From NCBI GenBank assembly GCA_002633005.1, contig NMRA01000040.1:1051805-1115804 (forward strand): a DNA stretch of 64,000 bases, read 5' to 3'. Positions 1 through 14,362 of the stretch are shown one piece after another. The notes beneath the pieces were generated by a model, which did no database searches, was not told the origin of the DNA, and saw only the letters and a list, made by a program, of their open reading frames with translations. The stretch comes from Phoronis australis. Its lineage: Eukaryota; Animalia; Phoronida. Position 1 is the stretch's first letter. Each line of letters opens with the position of its first letter. The translations under genes were made by a program, and so were the position numbers.

Positions 1-3000
1 AGGCAAGGTGGTCTTTTTTGCCTAACTAGCTTTTATAGGGTCCAATAATGTTCGTAATTTGTTTGATGTACACTAAACTAGATGTCATATTGTCGCACAA
101 CTATGTACTGGTTGGTTGAGTTAATAAATGTCTCTACTAAAAAAAAACATTCCACAAACATATGGTTAAAAGTCTCAACAGTTCCACAAGATGCACACTT
201 GTCATCACTGACTAAGTTCATCTTTTTCAAAATAAGTTTTGTAAACACTTTTCTACGAATATAGAAGTACTTAAAGGTTTTAACATAAGGAGGTAACAAG
301 AGTTTGTGTGGAAGAACATAAGTTTGTTTAATTTGTTGTCTAGAGTAAATGTCAGTTAAGCTGTACTCTATATCAGGAGGCAAAACAATTTTGGAAAGCA
401 AAATATTTCTAGAAAACACATTAGTAATTTGGCTTGACTGAGGATGTATGCATTTTGAAATCGAAGGATCAGCTTTTAACGTCTCAAAGCAGCATAATGA
501 ATCCAATTTGAAAGCTTATATCTATTTTTCAAATCCTCCCATGTCAGAAATTTATTTTCAAAATTCAAAAGATCCTTCTCAAAAGTAATACCAGCCTCAA
601 AGAAACTATTAAAGAATACAGTCCTCCTATTAATCAATATGTTTTTGTTATTCCACACTACTTGGTTTACAATTGCTATGTCCTTATGCAAATGAGCACC
701 TATTTCTTCCGAAGCAATCAAGATGTCAAGATAGAAGGTATCAATATTTGCAAGAGACAACAATTTATAATCATAATTTGATTTAAAGATCAAAATACCT
801 CCATATGTTTTAAAAACATACCCTGGAAACGCTTTGAAAATTTCATTGTTTCCATCTAAGCAACGCGTAACCCATTTAACTAATAATGACTTGTACATAA
901 TATTTATATCAGGAACTGACAAACCACCATTTTCATGGTTATTTACAGCCACATTTTTTTCTTTTAGGTGGTTTATTTTGCCAAACGAAATTTTTTATCA
1001 TAGTATTTATCTTAGCTCTACATTCTCTATCAATTCCTAAATTGCTCATCACATAAATTATTTTAGACAGCGCAAATGTTTTAATTACATTGATCCTTCC
1101 TAACAATGAAATATTGCAACTTTTCCAGATGTCAAGAGACTTTTTAAAGGACTTAATTTTGAGTTCAAGATTTAAAAAATCATTTTCTTTTTTGTTATGA
1201 CTAAAAAATATTCCCAGACTCTTGATTGGTTTGCCAGTCCACTTGAAGCCATAAAGTTTTTCAGAATACTCTTTTTCTCGATCTAAATATAACCCTTCGT
1301 ATTTCTTAATATTTAGCTGGAGACCAGAGAGTATACTAAAATGTTCTAAAAATTTGAGACAATTCATGCCAGAATTTTTGTCATAAAGAAATAAGGTAGT
1401 GTCATCTGCATACTGGAGAATTTTAACTTCAGTTTTCTCAACACTTATGCCTTTAATTAAATTACACTCTGTGACTCGTATATAATTGGTCATAACTTCA
1501 ACAGCTAGGCAAAATAATGGACCCGACAATGAATCACCCTGTCTTACACCCCTTTCTAAACGAAAATAATCTGTTGTAAATCCATTATTGACAACACAAG
1601 CTATTGCTTTGGTATAGATTATTCCTACCCATCGTGTAAAACACTGTCCAAAATTAAAAGCCTTCAAAGCTTGAAGAATAAAGTCTTGTTTTATTGTATC
1701 ATACGCCTTGCAAAAGTCCAAAAATAAAATGTGTCCTTGACCATTAGTAATGCTTGTATAAGAAATTATATCCTGAATGATACGAATATTGTATCCTACA
1801 TAACGTCCTTTAACAGCTGTTTGACCTGGTTGAACCAGTTTTCCCATGATATTATTTATACGGGCTGTAAGAACTTTTGTAAGTGTTTTATAATCAGTAT
1901 TCAATAGAGATATTGGACGCCGATTATCCAAGGACTGGAGCTCGAAACCATCTTTTGACTTGGGTAGGAGCGTTATTGCTCCTTGCCTCTGTGACGTAGA
2001 TAAGTCCCCCACTGAAAAACTATATTCAAAAGCTTCAATCAATTTCTCTTCCTCAGCATTTTCTAATTTCTTTTTTCTTTTCGAGTATCTCATAGTATAT
2101 TCCCGTATATTCCCTTATTTTCATTTTAACCATTTACCATTTGGTATGTTTATTACTTAGATAAACATACTCTTCAACACAGGTATTTTACATATTCTTC
2201 ATCTTGGAAAAGACTATTATTAATTTTCCAGAATCCAGGCCCTCTCGGTATAGAATCTTTAAGTGAGCAATGAAGTTTGACTACCGAGTGATCCGAAAAA
2301 TTACAATCAATCTTAGTGAAACAATGGAGATGATCTTTGCAGTTCTTTGAAACCAACCAGTAGTCAATTCTGCTTAGTAATCTGTAGGAATTATTATGCC
2401 ATGTATATTGTTTTTTGCCTGGATTCTGAAATCTCCAAACGTCAAATAGATGGAAAGACTCTGTAAAACCTTTAAGCTTGTCAATGACTGTTTGTTTATC
2501 TCTAGTATCTCTTATTCCTTGTTTATCAATTTTTCCTAATGGGCAGTTAAAATCACCAGCACAAAAAATATTATCGTTATTTACATATCTTTGGAAAGTA
2601 TTATAATCTTGTCCAAAAACATTAATTGAGATCTATTTTCATTTGGAAAATAAACGTCTATGAAAATATAATTATGATCATCCACATCTGCGTCAATGCA
2701 CAAATAACGACCATCAGGATCTTCGATACATTTTTTAACTGTAACATTTAAGTTGTTGTTAAACATGATGGCAACACCCCTGCTGTGCTCTGACCCATGA
2801 GCAGCATAGATTCTACTTCCCAACTCATGTCCCCATTTATTAATGTTAGTTATTGTACTGTATGTTTCTTGTAAAAAGGCAATATCAACCCTCTCCTTCC
2901 TCAAAAAAGAAAACAAATGCTGTCTTTTCAATTCATGATTTAAACCCCTGCAATTTAAAGATATTAAGTTTAAGCTAACCATTGTCATCAATTGGGAAAC

Positions 3001-3200
3001 CACAAAACCTATAACTAGATAAACCTCTACAAAACCTTTCAACAAAAAATAAATGAACCGTGATCACGAGAATATAGAAACCACACACCTACGAAACAAC
3101 AAAAATATACATAACTGCAAGAATTCAAGTCCATCTCCTTCGGTTCGTCTTCGCCATCTGGCTAGCCTTTTAAAGTCACAAGTTAAATATCTTCCGTACC
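1..3200 (-). mobile_element. Degenerate L1/Tx1-clade LINE ORF2 (APE endonuclease, RT, CCHC)
   Basis: Fragmented ORFs: SLNCRGLN/FLQET/SRGVAI (APE, 2581-3045); RPISLLNTDYK, FLDFCKAYD, GVRQGDSLS, QYADD (RT, 939-2093); CASCGTVETFNHMFVEC. Frameshifts and stops; 5' boundary approximate; runs off the window start. Confidence 0.9.
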
Positions 3201-5278
3201 CTTGATCACCTTTAATTAATTGACCTATCGCCAGGATTATGACAGAAGGCTTAATTGACCAATCAGAATGCAGCATTCTTGACACACCTTCGTCTGCGTT
3301 CTAAGCCGCCATTTTACCCGACAAACCACGCGTAGTCGAGTAAAACTTACTTTAGTCTATAGCTCAAGAAATTGCGCGCGAAGAATAGTGAAACGGTGTT
3401 GATATGGCGTGTGTAATCCCAACAGCCGTTATGCTGCTCCAGAATAATATTCCGTCATTTTTTGGCATGTCCTAAGCCGAAAAGTGATGTCGAAAGACAT
3501 AAACTACTGTGGATTAAACTTGGCTGTACGGCCACACGAGCTGAACGTAGCAATGTTGTTTGATTACTCAGAGGCTATAATAAACACAAATATATTAGTT
3601 CCAAGATACGCACTTTTTCAGCTTGGTGCAGGGCTATTTCAGATTTTCACTGCAGAGTTTCCTACGTCTGGCCGCCTTCGACTCGTCACCTGCTGGATCT
3701 CAGCACTATAGCGATGGCATTTTTATTTTATTTATTTTTTCATTTATTTCGGCTTAATGGACATCATTTTGTTCCATATCAGAGGTAAATTTTTGTTATT
3801 CACAAACCTGTAAGCTGGTGTTCAACTGAACTTCTCTCCTGGCCAAAATTCAGAGATTCGATCGGTACAGAGAGAGGCACTGGTTTGCTGAACTCAAAGC
3901 CTTGTTCGAGCTGTTGTCACAAAAAAATAAACAATTGAATTACTTTTTAATGTGGACCTCTAGTATACACAATGTCTGTAGAGTTAGAGAGAGCTCATTT
4001 CGAAGTTGTTCAAACATGATTATTTAGATTTATGAAACTTAAAAAAAGAATTTGAGTTATTTTTGTAAATACCCTATTTTTGCAACTACCACACCGGACT
4101 TGTAATCTTTTGTAACCATACCACAGCTTAGTGATCATGCTACGTTCAAAATTAAATGAAAGCTACCATTATGCAATGAAACTACAAAAAATGCGAAGTT
4201 CATCAGAAGGTAAGCCTAATTTAAATGTCTTCATGGTGCAAACGGACAATTCCAGGCATTAATTTGACTTAGGCACGGCCCTAGACCTACTGGAGCTAAC
4301 TGTGTACCTGAGCTATGAACCTGAGCTTTTTAATCAAAATATTTCGTTACAAGATTAAAAAAGCGTAAACAGTGCTATTGAGTCGACCTAGTCGGAGACT
4401 ACAGTACATGGGTTGTCTGTAATCTATGACCTACTTCAGGCTTCTCCAGGAGTCACACCAGTTGTGACCTATTTTTCCTTTGGTGAAATTTAGCAGACGA
4501 CAAAATAAAAATATCGGTGAATCTTCACTGATTTTGTTCAAAAGATCCTGAAACCTGTGGAATCGTACAGATAATTCGACTTTAAGGTGCATACCCAGCT
4601 ACATGAACATATTGTATCAGTGGCCTTGTCATTTCTGAGGGAGGAGAACCCCAATCGAGGGGTTCTTCGGATTTTCGCTGGCTCCTCGAGCACTTATTTT
4701 TTCATCGTAATCTTTACAAATTCCCATATCATGAACGTATGATTCTCTGTTGAAGAGCATCACCTGTTGTCTTTGTCGAAGCGTTTTCAAATAGGTCAAA
4801 AAACACTCGTCGATTCCACCAGGAACGTTGTTTAGCGACCGTGTATTTGCCTCTGACGTGTTGGTTTGTCGGGTGTCACGTGACTTTTTGCATAGGGGCG
4901 GAGCTTGCGATCGGTCAATTATGATGTGATTCAGTCCAATTACTGTCACCTTGAGCTGATTTTTCTAAGGGGTGAAAATATTATCACGATCACGTTTCTA
5001 AATTGCAGCTATGATCCACAAAACTCTAGTCCTTGACCAGCAGACGTTGATCCCATGACCTGCACACCTTAACTCTACACACTCACTGAAAACGTTTCAT
5101 ACACAATAACCAAACTTTTGTTTCTGGGACAAGATTCCGTGGCTGTGGACTAAATGGTTTGGTGCCTAGTGGTGCGGGGCTGGAGTTTGTGACCATAGCT
5201 GGAATTTAGAGACGCAGTTATGAAATTGTTTCCAACCTGTTTTGCTGCCCATTTAAATGATTTCTCGTTCTACTCCAG

Positions 5279-5535
5279 GTCAACCCTAACTACCTACTGG
5301 ATGCACTCACTACCAAGACTATCTTTACTGTTGGCGAGACAGTTGTCTCTCAGATGAGTAAGGAGGCGTCGCATGATGTACGGGACGCCTTCGTCAAGAG
5401 CATCTATGGTCACATGTTCATCTGGATTGTAGAAAAGATTAACAAAGCCATCTACAAAAAGGAAAAGGTCATCAAGAACAAGACATCCATTGGTGTTTTG
5501 GATATCTTCGGCTTTGAGTTGTTCGACAAGAACAG
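5279..5535 (+). CDS. MYO7A: Myosin VIIa exon, motor ([10 protein letters not shown]...[14 protein letters not shown], switch II)
   Basis: ctccAG acceptor, AG|gtaat donor, DIFGFE motif. Confidence 0.95.
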
Positions 5536-5821
5536 GTAATTGGTGGTGCTGCAGCTCATGATGTGCCTGTGTTATTGGGTGGTGCTGCACCTCATGGTGT
5601 GCCTGCACCAACACCAATCACTGTTTGTCTGATATCAGTTTGCACTTAGCGTCAACATGAATTATATGAATTCATAGGCTATATTTTCATTTGGCACTTA
5701 ATACAGTAGATTAGTTGTGAACAATTGGCTCTGAGGGGACTGTATTATTTCTTCAAAACAGTAAATTTCAGTTTTCTTGCTAACACCAGTTAGCATTTGG
5801 TCATGTGACAGCCATCTGTAA

Positions 5822-8319
5822 TTTTTATGCGCCCACTTATTTATATGTGGTCACATATTGCCGGGCATCTGGGCGTCCGGCGTCCGCTGCTGTGTCTCCC
5901 AAACCCCTCTTAGGATCTTGATGAGATTTTGCAGTTGTGTTCCTATAAAGCTGACAACAGATGACGACGAATTTCGTACCTCTTTGACTACTGATGTGCC
6001 CCCTAGTGGCAATTTTAGTTTTCTACGCTTTCCGCTGTATCTTTGGAGGTTCTCAATGGATTTTCATAAAATTTGGCAGTTAGGCATCTATTAATGAGAT
6101 GATGCCGTCCTCCTGTTTTTGGACGAATTCGAGGTACTTTGCACCACCTAGTGGCCATTTTTTACTGTTTTTGGCATCTGCCCTTTTATCAACCAAACCA
6201 CTCTAGAGATGATTTTGAAAACTTGCATCTATGTTTGTCAGAATAAATATTGATTAAGTAATTAGTAGAATAGATCCATTTTAAGTTGCCCAAAATTCGT
6301 GCTTATGTACTTTTAAATCATGGGGTCAGACTTGTTGACATGTACTTTAACGTCAAAATCTATTTTTAAATGGTGTTTACAACTTTGGGTTCTGGGGTCA
6401 AAGTACTCTAGAGATTCTAGAAAATTCTGAGAACAAACTGTAACAGCCAATGATATGATTGGTTATGATCATGGGGTTTTTATTAACCAATCACTAAATA
6501 AGTAGAATATTATAATATAAGCTTAAGTCAACAAGATTTTTAGATGCGCTATAGTAGTTGAAGCATAAAGACTTGCTACAGTGTACAGAGGAAATTGTAC
6601 GACAGAGCCATCTCGTGGAAGATTCTAGAAAGGATCTTGGCAAGGGAAAGGGTTAACAAACAGGAAGTTAACTAAGAGCTTGTCACTTGCATCGTGGGTA
6701 GTAAGATACTACCTGAAGTGTTGCGTCATCAGCCAGAGACTGTGACCAGCAAGAAGAATCGCGGGTAGAAGAAATTGCCTGCAAGTGTTGCCTCACCAGA
6801 GACTGTGACCAGCAAGTACACTGTCGCTATACAGTGTGTGTAGTTCGAAGATTCACCAACAGGACAGACATCCAACAAGTGGAGAGTCGTAGCTTGGATA
6901 GCAGATAAGACATTTGATTATTTTGGTTGATTGATTAAAGTAATCTTTAAAGAGGGCGCTAGCGTAGTTACTCTTCTTTGTAGTTGATTACTTAATTAAC
7001 AATAGGTTTCACTTGTCTAATTAGGAGTTATCATATAATAAAATAATTACTGGATTTGATTATTCACTCTCCATCTACGCACAATCTCAAAGCATAGCTA
7101 CCTTTTAAACAAACCCACCGTCAATCGTCTGACAATGTTCTTACTGTGAAGAGGGTGGCTGACAATGATTTTCCGACGACTTCAACTACTATGGCGCCTC
7201 CTAGTGGCAGTGTTGTTTGTTTTTGCGCTTACGGCTGTATCTCCTAAACACTACAGGTTCTTTATTGAGTTTTACTGGTGAATTTATGTAAAGTTGACAA
7301 CAGAGGACGACAACTTCCATGCGGATCGGTCTACCAGTGTATCCCCTTGTGATAATTTTAGTTTTTTACGTTTACCTCTGTATCTTCAAAGGTCATCAGC
7401 GGATTTTCATAAAATTTGGAAGACAGGCGTCTATTAGTGAGGTGATGCTATCGTCCGGTTTTCGGTTGAATTCGAGGCATTTTGCGCCACCTAGTGGTCT
7501 TTTTTGTTGTTTTCATGTCAGTTGTTTGGTATCTACCATTCTGTCAACCAAACCACTCTTAGGATGATTGTGGAAATTGACATGTATGTTCCTAATGTGA
7601 AGAGGAGGGATGACTATGATTTCCCGACGACCTCGACAGCTGTGGCGCCTCCTAGTGGCAGTTTTACACCCATGGCTGTATCTCCTAAATCTTCTGCAGG
7701 ATCTTTATTAAATTTAGCATGTGTATTCATGTGGCAACAAATGACGATGACTTTTGGATGAATCGGACTACGGGTGTGCCCTCTAGTGGCAATTATAGTT
7801 TTTTAATCTTCTATCTTCAAAGGTCCTCAACGAATTTTCATAAAATTTGGCAGATACGCATCTATTAGAGAGCTGACGTTATTCTACGGTTTTCGATTTG
7901 ATTTGTGATATTTTGCGCCACCTGGTGGTCATTGTTAGTGTTTTCGAGTCTTCTTATTTGGCGTCTGCCCCTCTGTCAACCAAACGACTCTAATGATGGT
8001 TGTGGAAACTGGCATGTATGTTCCTAATGTGAAAAGGCAGTCTGACGATGATTTTCTGACTGCTGTGGCGTCTCTTAGTGGCAGTTATTTTTTTGCGCCT
8101 GTAACCTCCTAGTGGCAATTTTTTTTTTCGTTTTTCTTGGTTTCTCAGAAGTTCCTTGGCAGAGTTTTATGAAATTTGGTAAAAAGCTTTGACACATACC
8201 TGTTTTCGGATGGATTCGACATATTTTGCGTCATCTAATGGCCATTTTTATGTTCTAAATAAACACCCCTAGAAGCACACCTTTTGTGTTGCATTTGTGG
8301 GCACAGTTCACTGCTCTTG
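5822..8319 (+). mobile_element. HINE/Helentron-like non-autonomous element, family A, copy 1 (interrupted by a solo LTR)
   Basis: 5' TTTTTATGCGCCCAC...ATGTGG palindrome, GTCY-like repeat, internal ~150-bp subunits ending in CCTAGTGG, 3' GTGGGCAC...GCTCTTG. Confidence 0.75.
6236..7134 (+). mobile_element. Solo LTR (TGTCAGA...TCTGACA), 5-bp TSD ATGTT
   Basis: TG..CA termini with 7-bp inverted ends; ATGTT at 6231-6235 and 7135-7139; removal restores the host repeat. Confidence 0.85.
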
Positions 8320-8348
8320 ATAGTTTGTGTGAGTGTGTTTCCAATGTC

Positions 8349-10769
8349 CAAGGCTTGGAATTTTCTGCGGAAACGCGGTTTTCCGCTTTTTGCTCTTATT
8401 CCCTCCGCGCATTTTTGTTAGGTTTCTACAAAAAAAATCGGATTTGCCATAAAATTTTCGCCGTAAATTGGTTTCTAACCACGGCGTTGCCGACGACTTG
8501 AAAAGCGGAAACTGCTCTTTATGTTTTTGAGGAACAAAAATCGTAATTGCCGGGGCACCTGGGATTGCGTGGTTCATCAGTGGCGTCTGCATATAGTATT
8601 AATCGCGGTAAAATAGGCTAGTGCGATTCTGCGGCCAAAATTGCGTGGATCTTGGAGTAGACAGGATATTTCGTGGAAAAATAGGATAAAAGAAACGGTC
8701 AATGTGTTCGCAAGCAACAAAGGTTTGTGTTTGCGCTCTGTAAACGTTGACAGAGGGACAATTACTGCGTGTGTGGCCGAATCGCGGAGAACCACCTAAA
8801 AACGATGAACCACAAGAAAGAAAAAGGCTTTCTAAAAGGAGATTCAACCATAACCGGTAATTCGTTGGATTGGTATCGTGGGATGTGAGTGATGTATGAA
8901 ATTCTTTTGTCTGATTCCACGAGCAAGCCCGTGCCGCAGTTGCCAAGTGAGTAGGCAATGACCATCGCCTCTGTTGGCCTGACCAGAGGCGATGCAGCTC
9001 CTATAGGAGCTTCATACGCCGGAAACTTTTCGGCGAATTATGCCTCGCACCGACCAAAACATCAAAGTCACGTTGTTATAAATGCCTTTTGCGCATCATA
9101 GAGGAACACCTTAGGAGGTTGTCGATGTGTTTAATTCCTTCCAACTCGAAAAAATACTCACGTTATCAAACTTTTTCTTCGAGCAGTCCCTATTTCAGTT
9201 CCCAAAATCGTAAACTCAACATTTTCACTCGGTGCACGCCAAGAGATTTATTTAACCAGACCAAAGGTCAGAAGTTGCCGCCCTTTGCGTACGTGCTGCT
9301 GGGAACCAGCCGTGCATTTGCCGTGTTGTTAAACATTAAAATGTCAAATATGTGCACAAAGACTATTAAATGTCATATCAACAGCATTTATTTTTATCAA
9401 ATACAAACAATAATTCATTGAAATACAATCAGTTTCAAGTAACGCCAATTAAAGACAAGTAGTGGTGACAAGACCGCAATGACTCACCTTTGGCCTATTT
9501 AAAGATTGAGGTCATGAAGTCACATCACCTAGCGAGCGCGGTAAAAATTGGAGCGTGCGCAGTATAAAAATGGTGAGTTCATGGTTTTGGGAACTGAACG
9601 AGTGACTGCTTGAACAAAAAGTTCGATAATGTAAGTATTTGTTCGAGTTGGAAGGAATTAAACACACCGCCAACCTCCTAAGGTGTCTCTCTATATGCAA
9701 AAGGTATTTATAACAATGTGACTTTCATGCTTTAGCCAGTGCGAGGCAATAATTCGCCGAAAAGCTTCCGGTGTATGGAGCGCCTATAGGAGCTGCATCG
9801 CCTCTGGTCGGGCCAACAGAGGCGGTAGTCATTGCCTACCAAGTTCGCTGCTAGACCGGAGTCCGCCGATTTTCCACGTGCCGCCGAAATGAGATACAAA
9901 GTGCTATTTTCATTACTAATGTGTTTTAAGTTGCCGCTGGTGTATTCCAATTTATTTTGACATTTTTCATGTCTTATTTTTGTTGAAAAGTCTTATTTTG
10001 ACCGACTCGAGTTTTGCAGTTCAAGAGAGAAGTGGTCATGTGGCAGGCTTTGAATGATCTGATTGGTCCAAGCCATTGTTTTCAAATTCTGCTAGCCTAT
10101 TTTGAGTGTTCTTGTAGTCATTTCCAATGTCACATAGTTTGTTCTACATCAGCGTGGCTCATGAACAATTATCTCCTGTAAGTGCTGTTTAAAATTGAAA
10201 AGTTTGGCCAACGTAGGATTGTGATTGATGTGTTTTATAGTTTAAAGTATCATGGTGTTTTTGACTTTGATTTTTCCATGCTTATAGTTGGGGTATGAGC
10301 CACAGTTTTTCGTCTTGACTTTTTTCCGTTGCGTTGGAATTAAATTTTTTGTTGGAATTAAATGTGTATGTATTTCAGGCTTTCCAGATAATCTGGGCCG
10401 ATTTTCAAATTTTTTTTATAATTTTGTATCGTAATTAAAAGAACTTAAAATAATGAAAATAATTTTAGAGGTCTCCCTGCAGCAAATCAAGAATAACCTT
10501 CTGTCACTCACACAGCATATTTTGCATCATTATCTTTAATTTTAAAAAAATATCTTTTGTTGCATCTAAGTACCTTCATTATTGTTGCTGAAATAGATGT
10601 CAGGTAATGCTTAAAATGAGTGCATTTTGCCAACACGACACTGTTACAGGGCATCTTGTGATGATAATGTTTACTTTCGATCTGTTGAGGTATGGTTGTT
10701 TAGATTGCAGTGTGTATTTGGCGCAGTAAAAATTCTCCTCTTTTTTGTCATGGGTCATTCCAACCCCTG
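8349..10769 (+). mobile_element. Non-autonomous DNA transposon, CAGGGCTTGGAAT TIR family, 6-bp TSD AATGTC
   Basis: Termini CAAGGCTTGGAAT / ATTCCAACCCCTG; same ends as 37173-37653 and 49496-50001. Confidence 0.8.
8949..9840. mobile_element. Nested MITE with ~290-bp TIRs (GAGTAGGCAATGAC...), putative 4-bp TSD AAGT, Sola-like
   Basis: 8951-9240 is the reverse complement of about 9551-9839; AAGT on both sides. Confidence 0.7.
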
Positions 10770-10890
10770 AATGTCATGATTCAGAACTTCACACAGTCCT
10801 TACACATTTTCAAAGTACACAATGTACTTTGACAAAATGTGCATTAATGGTGAAACAATAGGTCTGCAGACATGCTCGTTTGTTTTCCAG

Positions 10891-11101
10891 CTTTGAACAG
10901 CTGTGCATCAACTATGCCAATGAGAACCTTCAACAGTTCTTTGTCCGTCACATCTTCAAGCTGGAGCAGGAGGAATACAACCAGGAGGCCATCAGCTGGA
11001 AGCACATCGAATTTGTTGATAACCAAGATGCACTCGACCTGATTGCTGTCAAGCCCATGAACATCATCGCACTTGTCGATGAAGAGAGCAAGTTCCCTAA
11101 G
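10891..11101 (+). CDS. MYO7A: Myosin VIIa exon, motor relay ([18 protein letters not shown]...DEESKFPK)
   Basis: ttttccAG / AAG|gtagg; conserved myosin relay helix. Confidence 0.96.
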
Positions 11102-11244
11102 GTAGGTATTGAGCTTGGATTGTATCAGTGCAGTTACAAGGGGATGTCATGAATCAGGGTTTGGGCCTCCGCAGTTAATGTTAAGTATGAATGTGCCGAA
11201 CTGTTTCACCTCCAAGTCGAAAAGTGATGTGTACTCCAGGTTAA

Positions 11245-12724
11245 CCTTCTTGCTGCCAGAGCCTATGGTGACCCACACAACCTCCACTGCCAGGCATTAT
11301 AAAGCACCTTCTAGTGGCCATGTTACGAACTACTAACTTGTGCTTTTAATTAATCATTTTTCAGGTGATGATCATTATTTTTCAAGTTACCATTGATTGA
11401 GTAGAGTATAGATTTATCTTGTTGATTATATTTCAGTTATATAAAACATTCAGAGTAGGGTAGGATAGAAGTCTACACATGCATGTATTTTGGTGACAAA
11501 AATCAATCTATATGCTTCATTAACTATAATATTTTACAAGGTCTTCACTTGTTTTTCGTACGTTTCAGAATGAATTTATGGACCTGGACAAGAACTAACA
11601 AATTTTTCCTAGGTTTAACACAAGTGAACGATATTGATAAAATCAAGGTCTAATTGATCAGAAGAAAATCATTGAACTCTGACATACTTTTACATGTTTA
11701 TTATTTGAAAAACTGAATCAACAAATTCATTTTATGGAAGTATATACATGTTTACAAAATTAACAAGAAGTTAGAGTACAAGAATAAACGAGTTATGTTA
11801 TGAGTAACTGATTCAGACACAAGTAACAAGTTCAGTCCTTTTTATCGCAGGTGTTCAGTTCAGTCCTTATTACTCAACATTGTTTACAACATGTAACAAA
11901 TCATTGATCAACAGAAACTTATTTTGCGACATAACTGATAAGAAAAAATCGTTTGAAATATCGTGGAAGTGTTGTAATGATAATGTACAAATGGTTTTCA
12001 CAAGTCCCATAGATATTTGAAGGGCCCACATATATCGTCTGGTGACACGGGTGTCCAGCCTTCAAAACGCGAGTGTCACGATAATGGCTGGTTTTTCGTG
12101 GGTGTTGATCCGTGGAAATGTTCGTCTGGGTGCAAATCATTCTCATCAAATTCTTATTGAAGAAAAGTTTGAAGTAGATAACAGGTTTAGTATTCACTAT
12201 AATCCCGCGATTCCCGGAACTTCAGTAAACTCCGGACACCGCGATCGAACAGATAAGTTACTTGGGTCAGCCACCCATTCCTCGGGTAAAACATTGCCAC
12301 CGTTCTCAAGAACGGCATCCAAGTCAGCGTCCCTCATAAGTCTTCTAAAGTAAAGACTTCATACTCCTCGTCACTATCAAAATCGTTCGTAAAAGTCGTA
12401 CAAACCGCATCTGAATAACTATCGTCAAACTCATTCGCCATGCTCATGTTTACTATCTCAATACGTGTGGTTTTTGACTCAAGTATCACGTGCGCTTTGA
12501 CATTGTTGGAAGCCAGATTTTTCACTGAATGCTTTGTAAAACTAAATTTGATTGGCTTAGTCACATTTTCTTGTGGGTGTGCCTTCAAAACCAACGCCAA
12601 TTGGCTAAAATCTGACGGGTATCTTGAGGCTGTTTTCTGGGTCACATGGTTGCATATATGCAACTAGGGCACTGGTAAGGGATTAAGTTGTTGTCGCAGA
12701 ATTGCGACCATGGCAGTAAGAGGG
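11245..12724 (-). mobile_element. Internally deleted piggyBac element
   Basis: TTAA on both sides; TIRs CCTTCTTGCTGCCA / TGGCAGTAAGAGGG; homologous to 48755-52738; N-terminal transposase remnant (DSDEEYEVF). Confidence 0.88.
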
Positions 12725-12794
12725 TTAACACACAATATGACAAACGAGATGAATTACATTTTGTCTTAGTTATAAAATGAACTTTACTACTAAT

Positions 12795-13138
12795 TGTCAG
12801 AAGCTGACTGTTGGTTTAGTTTAAAAGTTAGCTATGCTTTGTTATTGTGAGTGGATGGAGAGAGAAAGATTATATCCAGTAATTAATTTATTATATAATA
12901 ACCACTAATTAATGCAAGTAGAACCTGTTGTTAATTAAATGCACTAACAATCTAATCTAATCTCTTTATTTACAGTCAGTTTGACAAAATAAACAAACAC
13001 TAGCCAAAGGCTAATATCACCAACTGTAGATAATAACATAAAAACGTATAAATAATAAAATAATGAAAAAAAACAATAAAACCAAGCACATGACAAAATG
13101 AGAAAAACACATATTAATGAAATATCATGAAAGTATGG

Positions 13139-13171
<33 letters not shown>

Positions 13172-13909
13172 CCACACATACACACCAGATTTAAAATCTG
13201 CATACACCGCACCTACACGGTGGTTTTGTCCAAGATTAAATTCTTAAAAAGATGAAGAAGAGCAATTATGTTAGCGCCCTCTGTAAGAAAAATTTTGATC
13301 AATTAACCATAAACAATCTTATCTAATATCCAAGCTTTAAGACTCAACACTCGTTTGATGACAGTCCTGTTGGCCAGTCTTTATACTAACTTACACACTG
13401 GACTGCGGCAGTGTATTTGCTGGTCACAGTCCTTCGTGATGCAACAACACGTGTAGGCATTATCTGACTACCCACAATGCAAGTGGCAAGCTCTTAGTGA
13501 ACTTCCTGGTCATTAATCTTTGCCCTTGCCAAGATCCTCGCTAGAATCTTCCATGAGATGGCTCTGTTGTACTATTTCTCCGCTACACTGAAGCAAGTCT
13601 TATAGCTTCAACTACTAAATTCCATCTGGCTATCTTCCAATCTAACACCCAAATTACAATAATGCACTTACTCAATGATTGGCTATTAAAAACCACATGA
13701 TCTTATGGCTTTTACAATCTGATCTCAAAGATTTCTAGAATCTTCACGGTACATTGACCCCAGAACAAAAGTGGTAAACATCTAAAGTACATGTAGATAT
13801 CAAGAATTAGTAAACACGTTTGACCCCATGGTTTTAAGAATACGTGATGCACAAATTATGGGCAGTGGAACTAACTCTACTAATGTCATTATCAATATTT
13901 TTTCTGACA
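12795..13909 (-). mobile_element. Solo LTR, same family as 6236-7134, reverse orientation, contains (CA)n
   Basis: TGTCAGA...TCTGACA; TSD CTAAT/CTAAC; shared internal blocks in reverse complement. Confidence 0.8.
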
Positions 13910-14362
13910 CTAACATATTGGTCCTCATTCATGTCATCGGCCAATTCTGTTATAGGTACCTGTTTATGAAGGTATGCCCATGTGTTATGTATTGGGGGTA
14001 CTTGAAAGGTAAAAAATATGCCATTTTCGAAATATAAGCCCAGGAGCTTATAATCATAAGCTCTTGGTTTGTTTGTGAGTGTATTAGGAATGTTGTTCGG
14101 CTCATCTTTATAGACTAACCTAAAGCATTAATTGAACTAATATTTACATCAATGCTGTCATAGACACGTGGTGCTAGTTTTCCTTAACAAGTAGTGAATG
14201 AGAGTTATGTGTCTGAGGGTATCCGCTTTTCAGTCCATTAAATGACATGTTTCCCCCGACACTTTCACCTAAGCACCAATGTTATAGTGTTTTCTTTGCA
14301 TGTTGAGATGTGTGGTAACTAGTAAGAGGCCTTGATCCAGCCAATTATTGGTCTCCTTTCAG

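Noticed and set aside
4200-4216. Donor-like AAG|GTAAGC suggesting an upstream myosin exon
   Set aside because: I could not recognise myosin sequence or a compatible acceptor upstream; the preceding exon is probably outside the window.
5294-5617. His-rich minus-strand ORF
   Set aside because: Antisense to a myosin exon plus a short local ~40-bp duplication at about 5540-5607.
12944-13207. Hydrophobic VCVCVC ORF
   Set aside because: Derived from the (CA)n microsatellite inside a solo LTR.
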